A stretch of 64,000 nt of DNA, from the NCBI GenBank assembly GCA_041660165.1, contig JBAZWW010000005.1, forward strand, positions 16,191 through 80,190, read 5' to 3'. Positions 1 to 7,637 of this stretch are shown one piece after another. The stretch comes from Patescibacteria group bacterium. GTDB taxonomy: Bacteria; Patescibacteriota; Patescibacteriia; UBA9934. The notes below the pieces were generated by a model. That model made no database searches, had not been told where the DNA came from, and saw only the letters and a list, made by a program, of their open reading frames with translations. A program made the translations under genes and the position numbers. Position 1 is the first letter of the stretch. Each line of letters opens with the position of its first letter.

Positions 1-105
1 GTGGAGCGGGAGCTCAATTAGGCCAAGAACGAAGAAGATGGCGCTGAACATGAGCCACAGGAAAAAAGCAAAGCGGTAGGGCGAGCGTTGAAGCCGGAAG
101 CGCAT
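1..105 (-). CDS. Partial hypothetical membrane protein (N-terminus only; runs off window)
   Basis: ATG at 105 reads MRFRLQRSPYRFAFFLWLMFSAIFFVLGLIELPLH, open to the window edge; hydrophobic N-terminus. Confidence 0.5.
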   Translation of the reverse strand, partial: MRFRLQRSPYRFAFFLWLMFSAIFFVLGLIELPLH

Positions 106-126
106 AGGCTTACGGTATTTTACTCC

Positions 127-161
127 AAAAAAGACCGCCGGGCTATGCCGGACGGTCTTTT
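127..161 (-). terminator. Intrinsic terminator downstream of 177..542
   Basis: AAAAGACCG..CCGG..CCGG..CGGTCTTTT hairpin with A/T tracts on both sides. Confidence 0.75.
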
Positions 162-176
162 GAGCTTCTGTATGAG

Positions 177-542
177 TTAATTGTCGAATCTTTCTGGTCT
201 GCCCATGTCTCCCATGCGTGGATGGAGGTTGGGGCGCGTATCACGGTGAGCTTTTATCGCGTCTGCCTGCGCCTGGGTGATTTTCCCGCTGGCCACGCGT
301 TCAGCCAGCCGATCTTCCATGATTGTTTTGCGATCAGCCTCCATTTTAGCCCGCTCCTCATCAAAAACTGCCTGGACCTCAGCCGTGCTCAAATGAAACT
401 TATCAGCTATGGCCGTGATGAGGGAGTCAACGCCCGGTCCTGGCGCTTTTTCAGCGGCAAAGGTGGTGCCAATGCCTAGCGCGCCGATGCCAATGGTGGC
501 GGCCGCGGCCGCGGCAATGAATGATTTCTGCATTCTGTTCAT
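177..542 (-). CDS. Hypothetical secreted helical protein
   Basis: Signal-peptide-like N-terminus; 'IADKFHLSTAEVQAVF' and 'GKITQAQAD' motifs typical of small exported helical proteins. Confidence 0.75.
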   Translation of the reverse strand: MNRMQKSFIAAAAAATIGIGALGIGTTFAAEKAPGPGVDSLITAIADKFHLSTAEVQAVFDEERAKMEADRKTIMEDRLAERVASGKITQAQADAIKAHRDTRPNLHPRMGDMGRPERFDN

Positions 543-670
543 AAGAAAGAGCTAACCTTAAATATTTAGTCTAACCTACGGCCGAATGTGCACTTTTCAG
601 CCGTTCACTTAGTACTACACAGATGATTCCGGAATATTACAGGTGTGGTAACATGCGGGCGTTTACACTA

Positions 671-738
671 GGTCAATGGTCAAGGTGGTCTAAATGGTCA
701 CTTCTGAATGACCTCTGACCACTTTGACCACTTTTACC
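671..738. repeat. Short GGTCA/TGACC inverted repeat array upstream of pyrH
   Basis: Four GGTC(A) units followed by TGACC/TTACC units at about 7-9 nt spacing, forming an imperfect palindrome. Confidence 0.55.
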
Positions 739-744
739 TTGCAT

Positions 745-1488
745 ATGACTGACCACCCAAAATATAAGCGAGTCCTTCTGAAGCTGTCCGGTGAGGCGCT
801 AGGCGGAGCAGACGGACGGATCATTGACCCTTTGTGGCTTGAGCGTTTTGCGCGGGAAGTGGGGGAGGCGAAGAAACTCGGCATTGAAATTGCGATTGTC
901 ATTGGGGGATGGAACATCTTTAGGGGCAAGATGGCGGAGGAACTGCACATTCCAAAGGAAACTGGGGATCACATGGGCATGCTCGCCACCGTCATGAATG
1001 CCCTTGCCCTGCAGAGCGCACTCGAAAACTTGGACGTGAAGACGCGGGTCCTTTCGGCTATTCAAATGGATCGGATTGCGGAGCCGTATATTCAGCGTCG
1101 GGCGATCCGGCATCTTGAAAAGGGGCGAGTAGTCATCTTTGCCGCTGGTTCAGGCAATCCGCACTTCACAACAGACACGGCCGCCATTTTGCGAGGCGCA
1201 GAAATCAAGGCAGATATTGTCATGAAAGCCACGAACGTAGACGGCGTGTTCCATAAAGACCCGCGCCAGCATGATGACGCCAGGCGTTATCACCGGTTAT
1301 CTTTCGATGAAGCGATTGTGCAAAAGCTCGGTGCCATGGATCCCACGGCTATGACGCTGAGTAGGGATCGAGATTTGCCGATTCTGGTCTTCAGCTTGAA
1401 GGAGCCGGGAAGCATAACTCGAGCTTTACGCGGGGACGATGTTGGTACGTATGTGAGTCAAGATCCTGAAATTGTGTATCATTCCTGA
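745..1488 (+). CDS. pyrH: UMP kinase
   Basis: KRVLLKLSGEAL, GMLATVMNALAL, GNPHFTTDTAA, KATNVDGV motifs; start taken at ATG 745. Confidence 0.97.
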   Translation: MTDHPKYKRVLLKLSGEALGGADGRIIDPLWLERFAREVGEAKKLGIEIAIVIGGWNIFRGKMAEELHIPKETGDHMGMLATVMNALALQSALENLDVKTRVLSAIQMDRIAEPYIQRRAIRHLEKGRVVIFAAGSGNPHFTTDTAAILRGAEIKADIVMKATNVDGVFHKDPRQHDDARRYHRLSFDEAIVQKLGAMDPTAMTLSRDRDLPILVFSLKEPGSITRALRGDDVGTYVSQDPEIVYHS

Positions 1489-1491
1489 TAT

Positions 1492-2145
1492 ATGAAATCT
1501 TCCTCTTCTCTTATTGCTGTGAGCGCTGTGGTGGGATTGGCTGCGATTATTGTTGTTGTGCTTCTTTCCCGCGCACCCACCCAAGTTCCTTCGCTAACAG
1601 GAGCGTCGATCGTTCCAGCGACGGGAACCTCGCTCAATCCCAATGCATTACCCTCTGTCGTTACCACCAAACTATATAAAAATGATAAGTTAGGTTTTTC
1701 CGTCGAGCTCCCAACTGCGGATTCGTTTGCTACGGATGGACGCGACTCCGTGGCGTTTTCGGGTGATGCCATGGCGCCGTGGCATTTTTCTATCGATGCA
1801 ATCGGGAAGGGGATTTACGAGTATCACGTGCCAGTTTATGCAGACACGGAGGTTTGGCTCAAAGACCAGGCGCAGACTCCGCCGTCTGCCGATGTACCGA
1901 GTATTCAGTTTTTGCAGTGGGAAGCTGGCGCGGACGGCACGCAGTTTGCGCTCTATGCCCAATATGTTGTCACTGACATGAACGCTGGCAAACCAATTTT
2001 CGGCAGGCAATTGGCAGCTACGCACGCGGGTGACGGCCGGATTTACACCATCACGGCCGGGGCAACCTATCCGGTGACGGGCGATATCACCGTTGAGCCG
2101 GAATTCCTGTCCCTCATCCAGAGCTTCAAACTTTTGGCGCAGTAA
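1492..2145 (+). CDS. Hypothetical membrane-anchored extracellular protein (PsbP-like fold possible)
   Basis: N-terminal TM helix; 'YKNDKLGFSVELP' and C-terminal 'LIQSFKL' pattern. Confidence 0.7.
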   Translation: MKSSSSLIAVSAVVGLAAIIVVVLLSRAPTQVPSLTGASIVPATGTSLNPNALPSVVTTKLYKNDKLGFSVELPTADSFATDGRDSVAFSGDAMAPWHFSIDAIGKGIYEYHVPVYADTEVWLKDQAQTPPSADVPSIQFLQWEAGADGTQFALYAQYVVTDMNAGKPIFGRQLAATHAGDGRIYTITAGATYPVTGDITVEPEFLSLIQSFKLLAQ

Positions 2146-2147
2146 TT

Positions 2148-2675
2148 ATGGATACCGGACCTCGAGTGCCTGGACGAGCCATTGAGCACGAGCTTTCGCC
2201 TGAACCCATTTCTTGGGAGAAATTTTCTCGTCCGCTCACGCTCAAGTTTGCGGATGAAGGGGGAGCCATGTTTATGGACGAGGGGAACGGCGAAGCCTGG
2301 TATCTTCAGCTGAATGACATGACCTTTCGCCCGCTAGCTGAAGCTGATCTGCACGAAGCCAGGCCAGAGCGTTATCTGCCGTACCAAATTCCGGAGGGTA
2401 CCAAATACGAGAATGGCGCCAAAGCGGCCATGGAGGTCCGGCGAACGCATCTTATGGATCAGATCAAGGCGCTTGATGCCATGAAAGAGAAGTTCCGCCG
2501 GCCAAAAGCTGCCGAGGTGGCGATTGAGCACATCATGGAGGAGCTTGGTTATGTACTGGCGTATCTAATTGAAACCAGTCCCAAAGAACTAGCTCTCCTC
2601 ACAAACGATCTGAACGAAATTTACGAAGATCTGCGCGAAGCCAACCAAGAATCCGAAGCCGTAGCGGCTAAGTAG
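2148..2675 (+). CDS. Hypothetical protein
   Basis: 175-aa ORF 2 nt after the previous stop, co-directional. Confidence 0.7.
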   Translation: MDTGPRVPGRAIEHELSPEPISWEKFSRPLTLKFADEGGAMFMDEGNGEAWYLQLNDMTFRPLAEADLHEARPERYLPYQIPEGTKYENGAKAAMEVRRTHLMDQIKALDAMKEKFRRPKAAEVAIEHIMEELGYVLAYLIETSPKELALLTNDLNEIYEDLREANQESEAVAAK

Positions 2676-2718
2676 TTACTTTACTTTTGTTCCGCTTTCC
2701 TCTATTATCCTCAGGCCT

Positions 2719-2793
2719 AGGGGAATAGTGAAACGGCTATCACAGCTCTCTCCAAAAGAGCCATTCTGGGTTCGAATCCCAGTTCCCCTGCCA
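2719..2793 (+). tRNA. trnW: tRNA-Trp (CCA)
   Basis: Acceptor AGGGGAA/TTCCCCT, anticodon stem GCTCT-CT CCA AA-AGAGC, T-loop GGTTCGAATCC, encoded 3' CCA. Confidence 0.97.
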
Positions 2794-2829
2794 CAAACCC
2801 ATCAGCTTTAAAGCTGGTGTTTTTGTTTG
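2794..2829 (+). terminator. Terminator after tRNA-Trp
   Basis: CATCAGCTT-TA-AAGCTGGTG hairpin followed by TTTTTGTTTG. Confidence 0.8.
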
Positions 2830-2872
2830 TGTAATGTTTTTCCTTGGCGAACGTCATATATTGGTACAGGCT

Positions 2873-3007
2873 ATGCGCAAGCAATACAAACGTAAAAAGG
2901 GCAGCGGATGCGCTTTATGCAAACCGCATAAGCATGGTTGGGAAAAAAGATGGAAAGCGAAGGACCGGCCATACCCCGGAAACTTTGAATATGATTTGAC
3001 ATGTTAA
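2873..3007 (+). CDS. Small basic CxxCKPHK peptide (44 aa), possibly truncated
   Basis: MRKQYKRKKGSGCALCKPHKHGWEKRWKAKDRPYPGNFEYDLTC; below the ORF-track cutoff. Confidence 0.55.
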   Translation: MRKQYKRKKGSGCALCKPHKHGWEKRWKAKDRPYPGNFEYDLTC

Positions 3008-3053
3008 AAGTTAATGCATAAACTTTGAATATGGGTTTTTATACTAAAAGTTA
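2980..3053 (+). promoter_or_regulatory. Tandem 40-bp-period operator/promoter upstream of Fic gene
   Basis: AAACTTTGAATATG-N12-TAAAAGTTA at 2980-3013 and 3020-3053; TTGACA(2996)-17-TAAACT(3019). Confidence 0.6.
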
Positions 3054-3060
3054 GCTCAAT

Positions 3061-4203
3061 ATGTCTAAATCGACTTTTAAGGCCGGGGTGAGCCGACAGC
3101 AAAAGGAATACAAGAGTTTTGTCCCGAACATGGTGAATGGCCCATTCGCCTGGTCAGATCCAAGAATCGACGTTCTGCTTGAAGAGGCTACTCGTCATCT
3201 TGCGGAGCTGAACGCTTTTTCGCGTTTCATCCCTGATGTTGATTTGTTTATTCGCATGCACGTTCTGAAGGAAGCGACGACATCAAGTAGAATCGAGGGA
3301 ACGCGCACCGGCATGGACGAAGCGGTGCTGCCCGAAGATGAAGTTGATCCAGAGCGCAGAGATGATTGGGATGAGGTGCAAAATTACACCAAAGCGATGA
3401 ATCATGCGGTGAAAGAGCTCGCCAAAATCCCTCTTTCCATCAGATTACTGAAAGATACGCACAGGATATTGCTTTCTGGTGTTCGTGGAAAGCATAAAAT
3501 GCCAGGAGAGATTCGCACGAGTCAAAATTGGCTTGGAGGATCAACTTTGAAGGATGCAGTTTTTATTCCGCCACATCCCGAAGAGCTACGCGATCTTCTG
3601 AGTGACCTTGAAAAGTTTTGGCATAACAAACAAATCGAGGTTCCGCATCTCATTCGTATTGCCCTTAGCCATTATCAATTCGAAACGATCCACCCCTTCC
3701 TTGATGGCAACGGGCGTATTGGCCGTCTACTTGTCACCCTTTACCTCATGGACAAGGGGATGCTCAGTAAGCCGACACTGTATCTATCCGACTTCTTTGA
3801 GCGCAACAAGGGCAAATATTATGACTCGCTCACGGGAGTCCGGTCAGCAAACGATATTGAGCATTGGTTGAGGTTCTTCCTGGTGGGTGTTTCGGAGACG
3901 GCAAGAAAAGGTACGGAAACGTTCAAAAAGATTGTAGATCTTCGCGAGGATGTTGAGCGACGCGTCTTGACGCTTGGCCGCAGAGCGCCCTTGAGCCGCG
4001 AGTTCTTGCAGAAGTTGTATTCGCAACCGATTGTAAATACTACTCAGGTTGCTGAATGGCTCAACATCACGCCTCAGTCGGCGATTACACTCGTAAGCGC
4101 TTTTGAACAGAAGAAGATCCTTCGGGAGACAACTGGTTTCAAGAGAAATCGATTGTTTGAGTTCTCCGAATACCTGAACCTCTTTAAGGGCAAAGGTGAA
4201 TAG
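3061..4203 (+). CDS. Fic family protein (class II, intramolecular inhibitory helix, C-terminal wHTH)
   Basis: [12 protein letters not shown] Fic motif; N-terminal SSRIEG inhibitory motif; C-terminal '[11 protein letters not shown]'. Confidence 0.95.
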   Translation: MSKSTFKAGVSRQQKEYKSFVPNMVNGPFAWSDPRIDVLLEEATRHLAELNAFSRFIPDVDLFIRMHVLKEATTSSRIEGTRTGMDEAVLPEDEVDPERRDDWDEVQNYTKAMNHAVKELAKIPLSIRLLKDTHRILLSGVRGKHKMPGEIRTSQNWLGGSTLKDAVFIPPHPEELRDLLSDLEKFWHNKQIEVPHLIRIALSHYQFETIHPFLDGNGRIGRLLVTLYLMDKGMLSKPTLYLSDFFERNKGKYYDSLTGVRSANDIEHWLRFFLVGVSETARKGTETFKKIVDLREDVERRVLTLGRRAPLSREFLQKLYSQPIVNTTQVAEWLNITPQSAITLVSAFEQKKILRETTGFKRNRLFEFSEYLNLFKGKGE

Positions 4204-4206
4204 CGA

Positions 4207-4301
4207 GAGTTCTAACGTCATTGACTAGCCCCTGCCACGTCGTTCGCGAACGACGTGGCCTACCACAAAAATATCCGCTAATCAATGCGGGTATTTTTGT
4301 T
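4207..4301 (+). repeat. Degenerate tRNA-Trp 3'-end-like site 1 plus terminator, containing a perfect 26-bp palindrome
   Basis: GAGTTCTAAC-N9-TAGCCCCT...ACCACAAAAATATCCGCTAATCAATGCGGGTATTTTTGT; palindrome GCCACGTCGTTCGCGAACGACGTGGC at 4234-4259. Confidence 0.6.
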
Positions 4302-4323
4302 AGGCCATATGAGCGTTAAAACT

Positions 4324-5544
4324 CTAGCTCGGAATCTCGACCAGTTTTTGTTGGCCAGTGAGCATATCCTTTTCGATCATTTTTCCTTGCTTTAGCTCCT
4401 CTGGGGCGATGATAATCACCGTATTTGCTTCGATACGATTCGCCATGCTGAGTTGCTTCTTGAGTTCGTATGGAGGCACGGGCATTACAACGACTTGGTC
4501 TTTACTGCGCAGCTTCTTCGCGACCGAGGTCGCGGTATCGAATTCATTTTTTGAGAACGGAATGATGAGTGTTTTATCTTGCGCAACATTAGGGATAGCT
4601 CGACCTTGCGTTTCGAGAGCCGCAAAGAGCGACACGTCGCTTACCCCAAATCCAACTGCACTCATCGGCTTCCCACCAACCGCCTGTAATAGATTGTCAT
4701 ACCTGCCACCTCCAAAGAGTGCGCGTCGATACTCGCCCGACGTTTCGAATACTTCAAAAACCATACCTGTGTAATAGGCGAATCCACGCATCAGTTGTGG
4801 GTCGTAGACAAGCTGAGTCCATCCGAGTTTTTCGACCTCCTCCATGATGGAAAGGAGTCTTGCTGATGGTTTTATATCCTCAACGATTTTGAGGTCTTCG
4901 GGAGTAATTTGGCTATTGATTACACGGATCTGATTCGTGAACTCTTCCGACGCTAACTTATCTCTCTCATCGAGAAGAGTTAGGAAACGTCCCCTCTCAG
5001 CTTCCTGTATGTTCAAACGATCGCACACCTGATTGAAAGAGGCGCGATCGTTTATGCGAAGCTGAATTTTCAACATATCTAAGCCCGTTGCTTCAAGCAC
5101 CGATAGCGCGAGATCAATGGCTTCAACATCGGACTCAATGCTGTCCGAGCCGAGGAAATCGACATTCAACTGAAAGAAATTACGCGATCGACCTTTTTGA
5201 GGCCGTTCATAACGCCAGCAATCGGCAAAGCTATACCAACGAATGAGCGGTGGCAACTCGCCTTGTTTATTGGCAATCATTCGGGCCAGCGAAGGGGTGA
5301 GTTCAGGCCGAACGACAATCTTCTCGCCACCACGGTCGGTGAAAACATAAGACTGGCGCTCAATGATCTCGGCGCTTGATTTCGCTTCATAGAGTGAAAG
5401 CGGCTCAAGAATGGGAGCCTCGTACTCTTCATAACCGGCCCGTTCAAGAACCCTTCGACAAGCATCTACAAACGCGTTTCGTTTTCGCATATCTTTTGGA
5501 TAAAGACTGCGGGTACCTCTGAGTGATTGGATCTGCATATACAT
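4324..5544 (-). CDS. hisS: Histidine--tRNA ligase
   Basis: RPELTPSLAR, WRYERPQKGR (motif 2), RGFAYYTG, GGGRYDNL, C-terminal anticodon-binding domain; start at 5544 or 5538. Confidence 0.95.
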   Translation of the reverse strand: MYMQIQSLRGTRSLYPKDMRKRNAFVDACRRVLERAGYEEYEAPILEPLSLYEAKSSAEIIERQSYVFTDRGGEKIVVRPELTPSLARMIANKQGELPPLIRWYSFADCWRYERPQKGRSRNFFQLNVDFLGSDSIESDVEAIDLALSVLEATGLDMLKIQLRINDRASFNQVCDRLNIQEAERGRFLTLLDERDKLASEEFTNQIRVINSQITPEDLKIVEDIKPSARLLSIMEEVEKLGWTQLVYDPQLMRGFAYYTGMVFEVFETSGEYRRALFGGGRYDNLLQAVGGKPMSAVGFGVSDVSLFAALETQGRAIPNVAQDKTLIIPFSKNEFDTATSVAKKLRSKDQVVVMPVPPYELKKQLSMANRIEANTVIIIAPEELKQGKMIEKDMLTGQQKLVEIPS

Positions 5545-5551
5545 CTTCGCT

Positions 5552-5686
5552 AAAAATAAAGAAACCCGCAGATAAGCGGGCTTCTTTGCTGTCATTCAAT
5601 GGAATAACGTCAAACAATCCCGCTCATGCAAAGCGGGTATGCCGCAAAACGATTTTCGTCTGGCACATAGATTTCATATCGCTCAT
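5552..5686 (-). promoter_or_regulatory. Putative ribosome-mediated transcription attenuator of hisS
   Basis: Leader ORF 5686-5624; segments CCCGC/GCGGG/CCCGC/GCGGG allow 1:2, 2:3 and 3:4 pairing; 3:4 hairpin followed by TTTCTTTATTTTT. Confidence 0.7.
5624..5686 (-). CDS. hisS leader peptide (20 aa, MSDMKSMCQTKIVLRHTRFA)
   Basis: Single His codon directly before hairpin segment 1; stop lies in the 1:2 loop. Confidence 0.6.
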   Translation of the reverse strand: MSDMKSMCQTKIVLRHTRFA

Positions 5687-5719
5687 AGGATATAAAATTT
5701 TACTCGATTTGGCAAACGA

Positions 5720-5785
5720 GGGTCCTAATGTCGCTCGCTGGCCCCGCCACAAATGTCTCCGCTAATTTCAGCGGGGATTTTTGTT
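5720..5785 (+). repeat. Degenerate tRNA-Trp 3'-end-like site 2 plus terminator
   Basis: GGGTCCTAAT-N9-TGGCCCCGCCACAAAT..TCCGCTAATTTCAGCGGGGATTTTTGTT; 14 nt (5741-5754) identical to 12044-12057. Confidence 0.65.
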
Positions 5786-5819
5786 GATTGCTCAAACTCA
5801 GATATGATGTATGGAACAC

Positions 5820-5852
5820 TTCACCGTTTCTTCACCAGTTGAGGTGTATTAT
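5820..5852 (+). promoter_or_regulatory. Putative OmpR-family direct-repeat box plus -10
   Basis: TTCAC-N6-TTCAC (11-nt period), then 11 nt to TATTAT; same arrangement at 7582-7614. Confidence 0.55.
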
Positions 5853-5861
5853 TCTGACATT

Positions 5862-6524
5862 ATGAAAATTCTTGTCGTAGAAGACGAACCGAAACTAAAC
5901 GAAAATGTAGTGGAAGAATTGCGCGACCGTGGCTATGCGGTTGATTTTGGATTCGATGGTGAAGAGGGTGAAAAGCTGGCGAGAGTCAATGGCTATGATC
6001 TGATCATTTTGGACATCATGCTTCCCAAACGTGACGGGTTGACAGTTTGCCAAAATCTTCGTGCCCACGGAGTGCAGACGCCAATCATCTTCCTCACCGC
6101 CCGAGATACTACGGAAGATAAAATCGCCGGACTGAATATTGGCGGTGATGACTATCTCGTGAAGCCTTTTTCTTTTGAAGAACTTTTTGCCCGTATGCGA
6201 ACGGTGCTTCGGCGCACTCCACAGCTCATGGGGGACGTTTTGGAATTGGATGATTTACGTCTCGATACTCGATCGCAACACGTTTGGATCAAGAAGAAAA
6301 AGCTCGATGTCACGCTTCGAGAGTTTGGCTTACTGGAATTTCTACTACGTAATCATGGAGCTGTCGTCACGCGGGAAGACATCCTTTCCCACGTGTGGGA
6401 CAGGTTTCATGACGAATTCAGCAATGTTGTGAACGTCCACATAAAAAATTTGCGTCAGAAGTTACCAAAAGAATATGCGAAACGTATTGAAACCGTTTGG
6501 GGGAAAGGCTACCGACTCGTCTAG
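5862..6524 (+). CDS. OmpR/PhoB-family response regulator
   Basis: MKILVVEDE, DLIILDIMLP, DDYLVKPF, IETVWGKGYRL. Confidence 0.96.
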   Translation: MKILVVEDEPKLNENVVEELRDRGYAVDFGFDGEEGEKLARVNGYDLIILDIMLPKRDGLTVCQNLRAHGVQTPIIFLTARDTTEDKIAGLNIGGDDYLVKPFSFEELFARMRTVLRRTPQLMGDVLELDDLRLDTRSQHVWIKKKKLDVTLREFGLLEFLLRNHGAVVTREDILSHVWDRFHDEFSNVVNVHIKNLRQKLPKEYAKRIETVWGKGYRLV

Positions 6525-6528
6525 CCTG

Positions 6529-7521
6529 ATGTTCGCAAAAACAAGAATCGTACTCACCATGGTGTACGTCGTGATTCTTGCGGGTATTTTGGTTTCCTCA
6601 AGCGGTATTAGCCGATACATTTTTTCCGAGCGTCTGCGCGCACGGTTCAATGCGTCGGCCTCTGGGCAGGAAGTGACCGAACGCCCGCCGCCACCGGGAC
6701 TCGACATGCGAAATATTCAGGAAGATTTTCAGAATACGATTCTCATGGTGAATGGCGCGCTACTGATTGTTGCCGGAATACTCAGTTACGGACTGGCGGG
6801 GTTAACGCTGCGTCCGATTCGTTCCGCCTATCAACGCCAACGCCAATTCTTAAGCGACGCATCGCATGAGCTCCGTACTCCGCTGGCCATTTTACAAACG
6901 GGACTGGAAAATCAATTACGGAGAAACACAAACGCAAAAGAGGAGAAGAAAATTAAAAGTCATCTTGAAGAGGTGGATCGCATGACCCGACTTGTGGAGG
7001 ACCTACTCCAGCTGTCCTATTTTGCAGAACGAAACGGCAACATTCCGAACAAAAAGAACTTCGCGCTCGCACCACTCCTTCGAGAGACCGCGGAACGGTT
7101 CACTGAACTTGCAGAAAAAAACGGCATCGCCATCGATAACTTTGTTAACGCCAATGCTGACATCACCGTCCTTGGCGATAAACAGATGCTCTCGCAAGCC
7201 ATTGCAAACGTTCTCAAGAACGCTGTTTGCTATAACAAGTCAGGTGGGAGCATTAAAGTTCGTCTTTCACAAGAAAAATCTCAAGCGATGATCGAAATTG
7301 AAGACACGGGCATCGGCATGAATTCAGAGGAGCTTGCGCACGTTTTCGATCGTTTTTACCGAGCCGAAAAGAGCCGCTCCCGAGGTACCGGAGGCAGCGG
7401 GCTTGGTCTATCCATCGCTCACGCTGCTCTCCGCGCTCATCGGGGCAAGATCGAGATTCAAAGCACCCCAAACAAAGGCACAAAAGTTATAATGACGCTT
7501 CCTATCTCCCGTACTTCGTAG
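6529..7521 (+). CDS. Sensor histidine kinase
   Basis: Two TM helices, DASHELRTPL H-box, NVLKNA N-box, DTGIG, FDRFYR, GSGLGL. Confidence 0.96.
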   Translation: MFAKTRIVLTMVYVVILAGILVSSSGISRYIFSERLRARFNASASGQEVTERPPPPGLDMRNIQEDFQNTILMVNGALLIVAGILSYGLAGLTLRPIRSAYQRQRQFLSDASHELRTPLAILQTGLENQLRRNTNAKEEKKIKSHLEEVDRMTRLVEDLLQLSYFAERNGNIPNKKNFALAPLLRETAERFTELAEKNGIAIDNFVNANADITVLGDKQMLSQAIANVLKNAVCYNKSGGSIKVRLSQEKSQAMIEIEDTGIGMNSEELAHVFDRFYRAEKSRSRGTGGSGLGLSIAHAALRAHRGKIEIQSTPNKGTKVIMTLPISRTS

Positions 7522-7544
7522 TTACAAAATACGCTATCCACTCC

Positions 7545-7569
7545 AAAGACGCCCATGAAGGCGTTTTTT
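7545..7569 (+). terminator. Intrinsic terminator after kinase
   Basis: AAAGACGCC-CATGAA-GGCGTTTTTT. Confidence 0.75.
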
Positions 7570-7581
7570 GGTTAAAGCTTC

Positions 7582-7614
7582 TTTACACTTTCTTCACGGG
7601 GGTTCATTTATCCT
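7582..7614 (+). promoter_or_regulatory. Putative OmpR-family box upstream of efflux operon
   Basis: TTTAC-N6-TTCAC, then 11 nt to TATCCT. Confidence 0.5.
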
Positions 7615-7637
7615 GTGAGCACTCTTAAAGAAATAGT

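Noticed and set aside
5545-5595. N-terminal extension of HisRS in the ORF track
   Set aside because: It overlaps the attenuator terminator, and similarity to HisRS begins at MQIQSLRGT.
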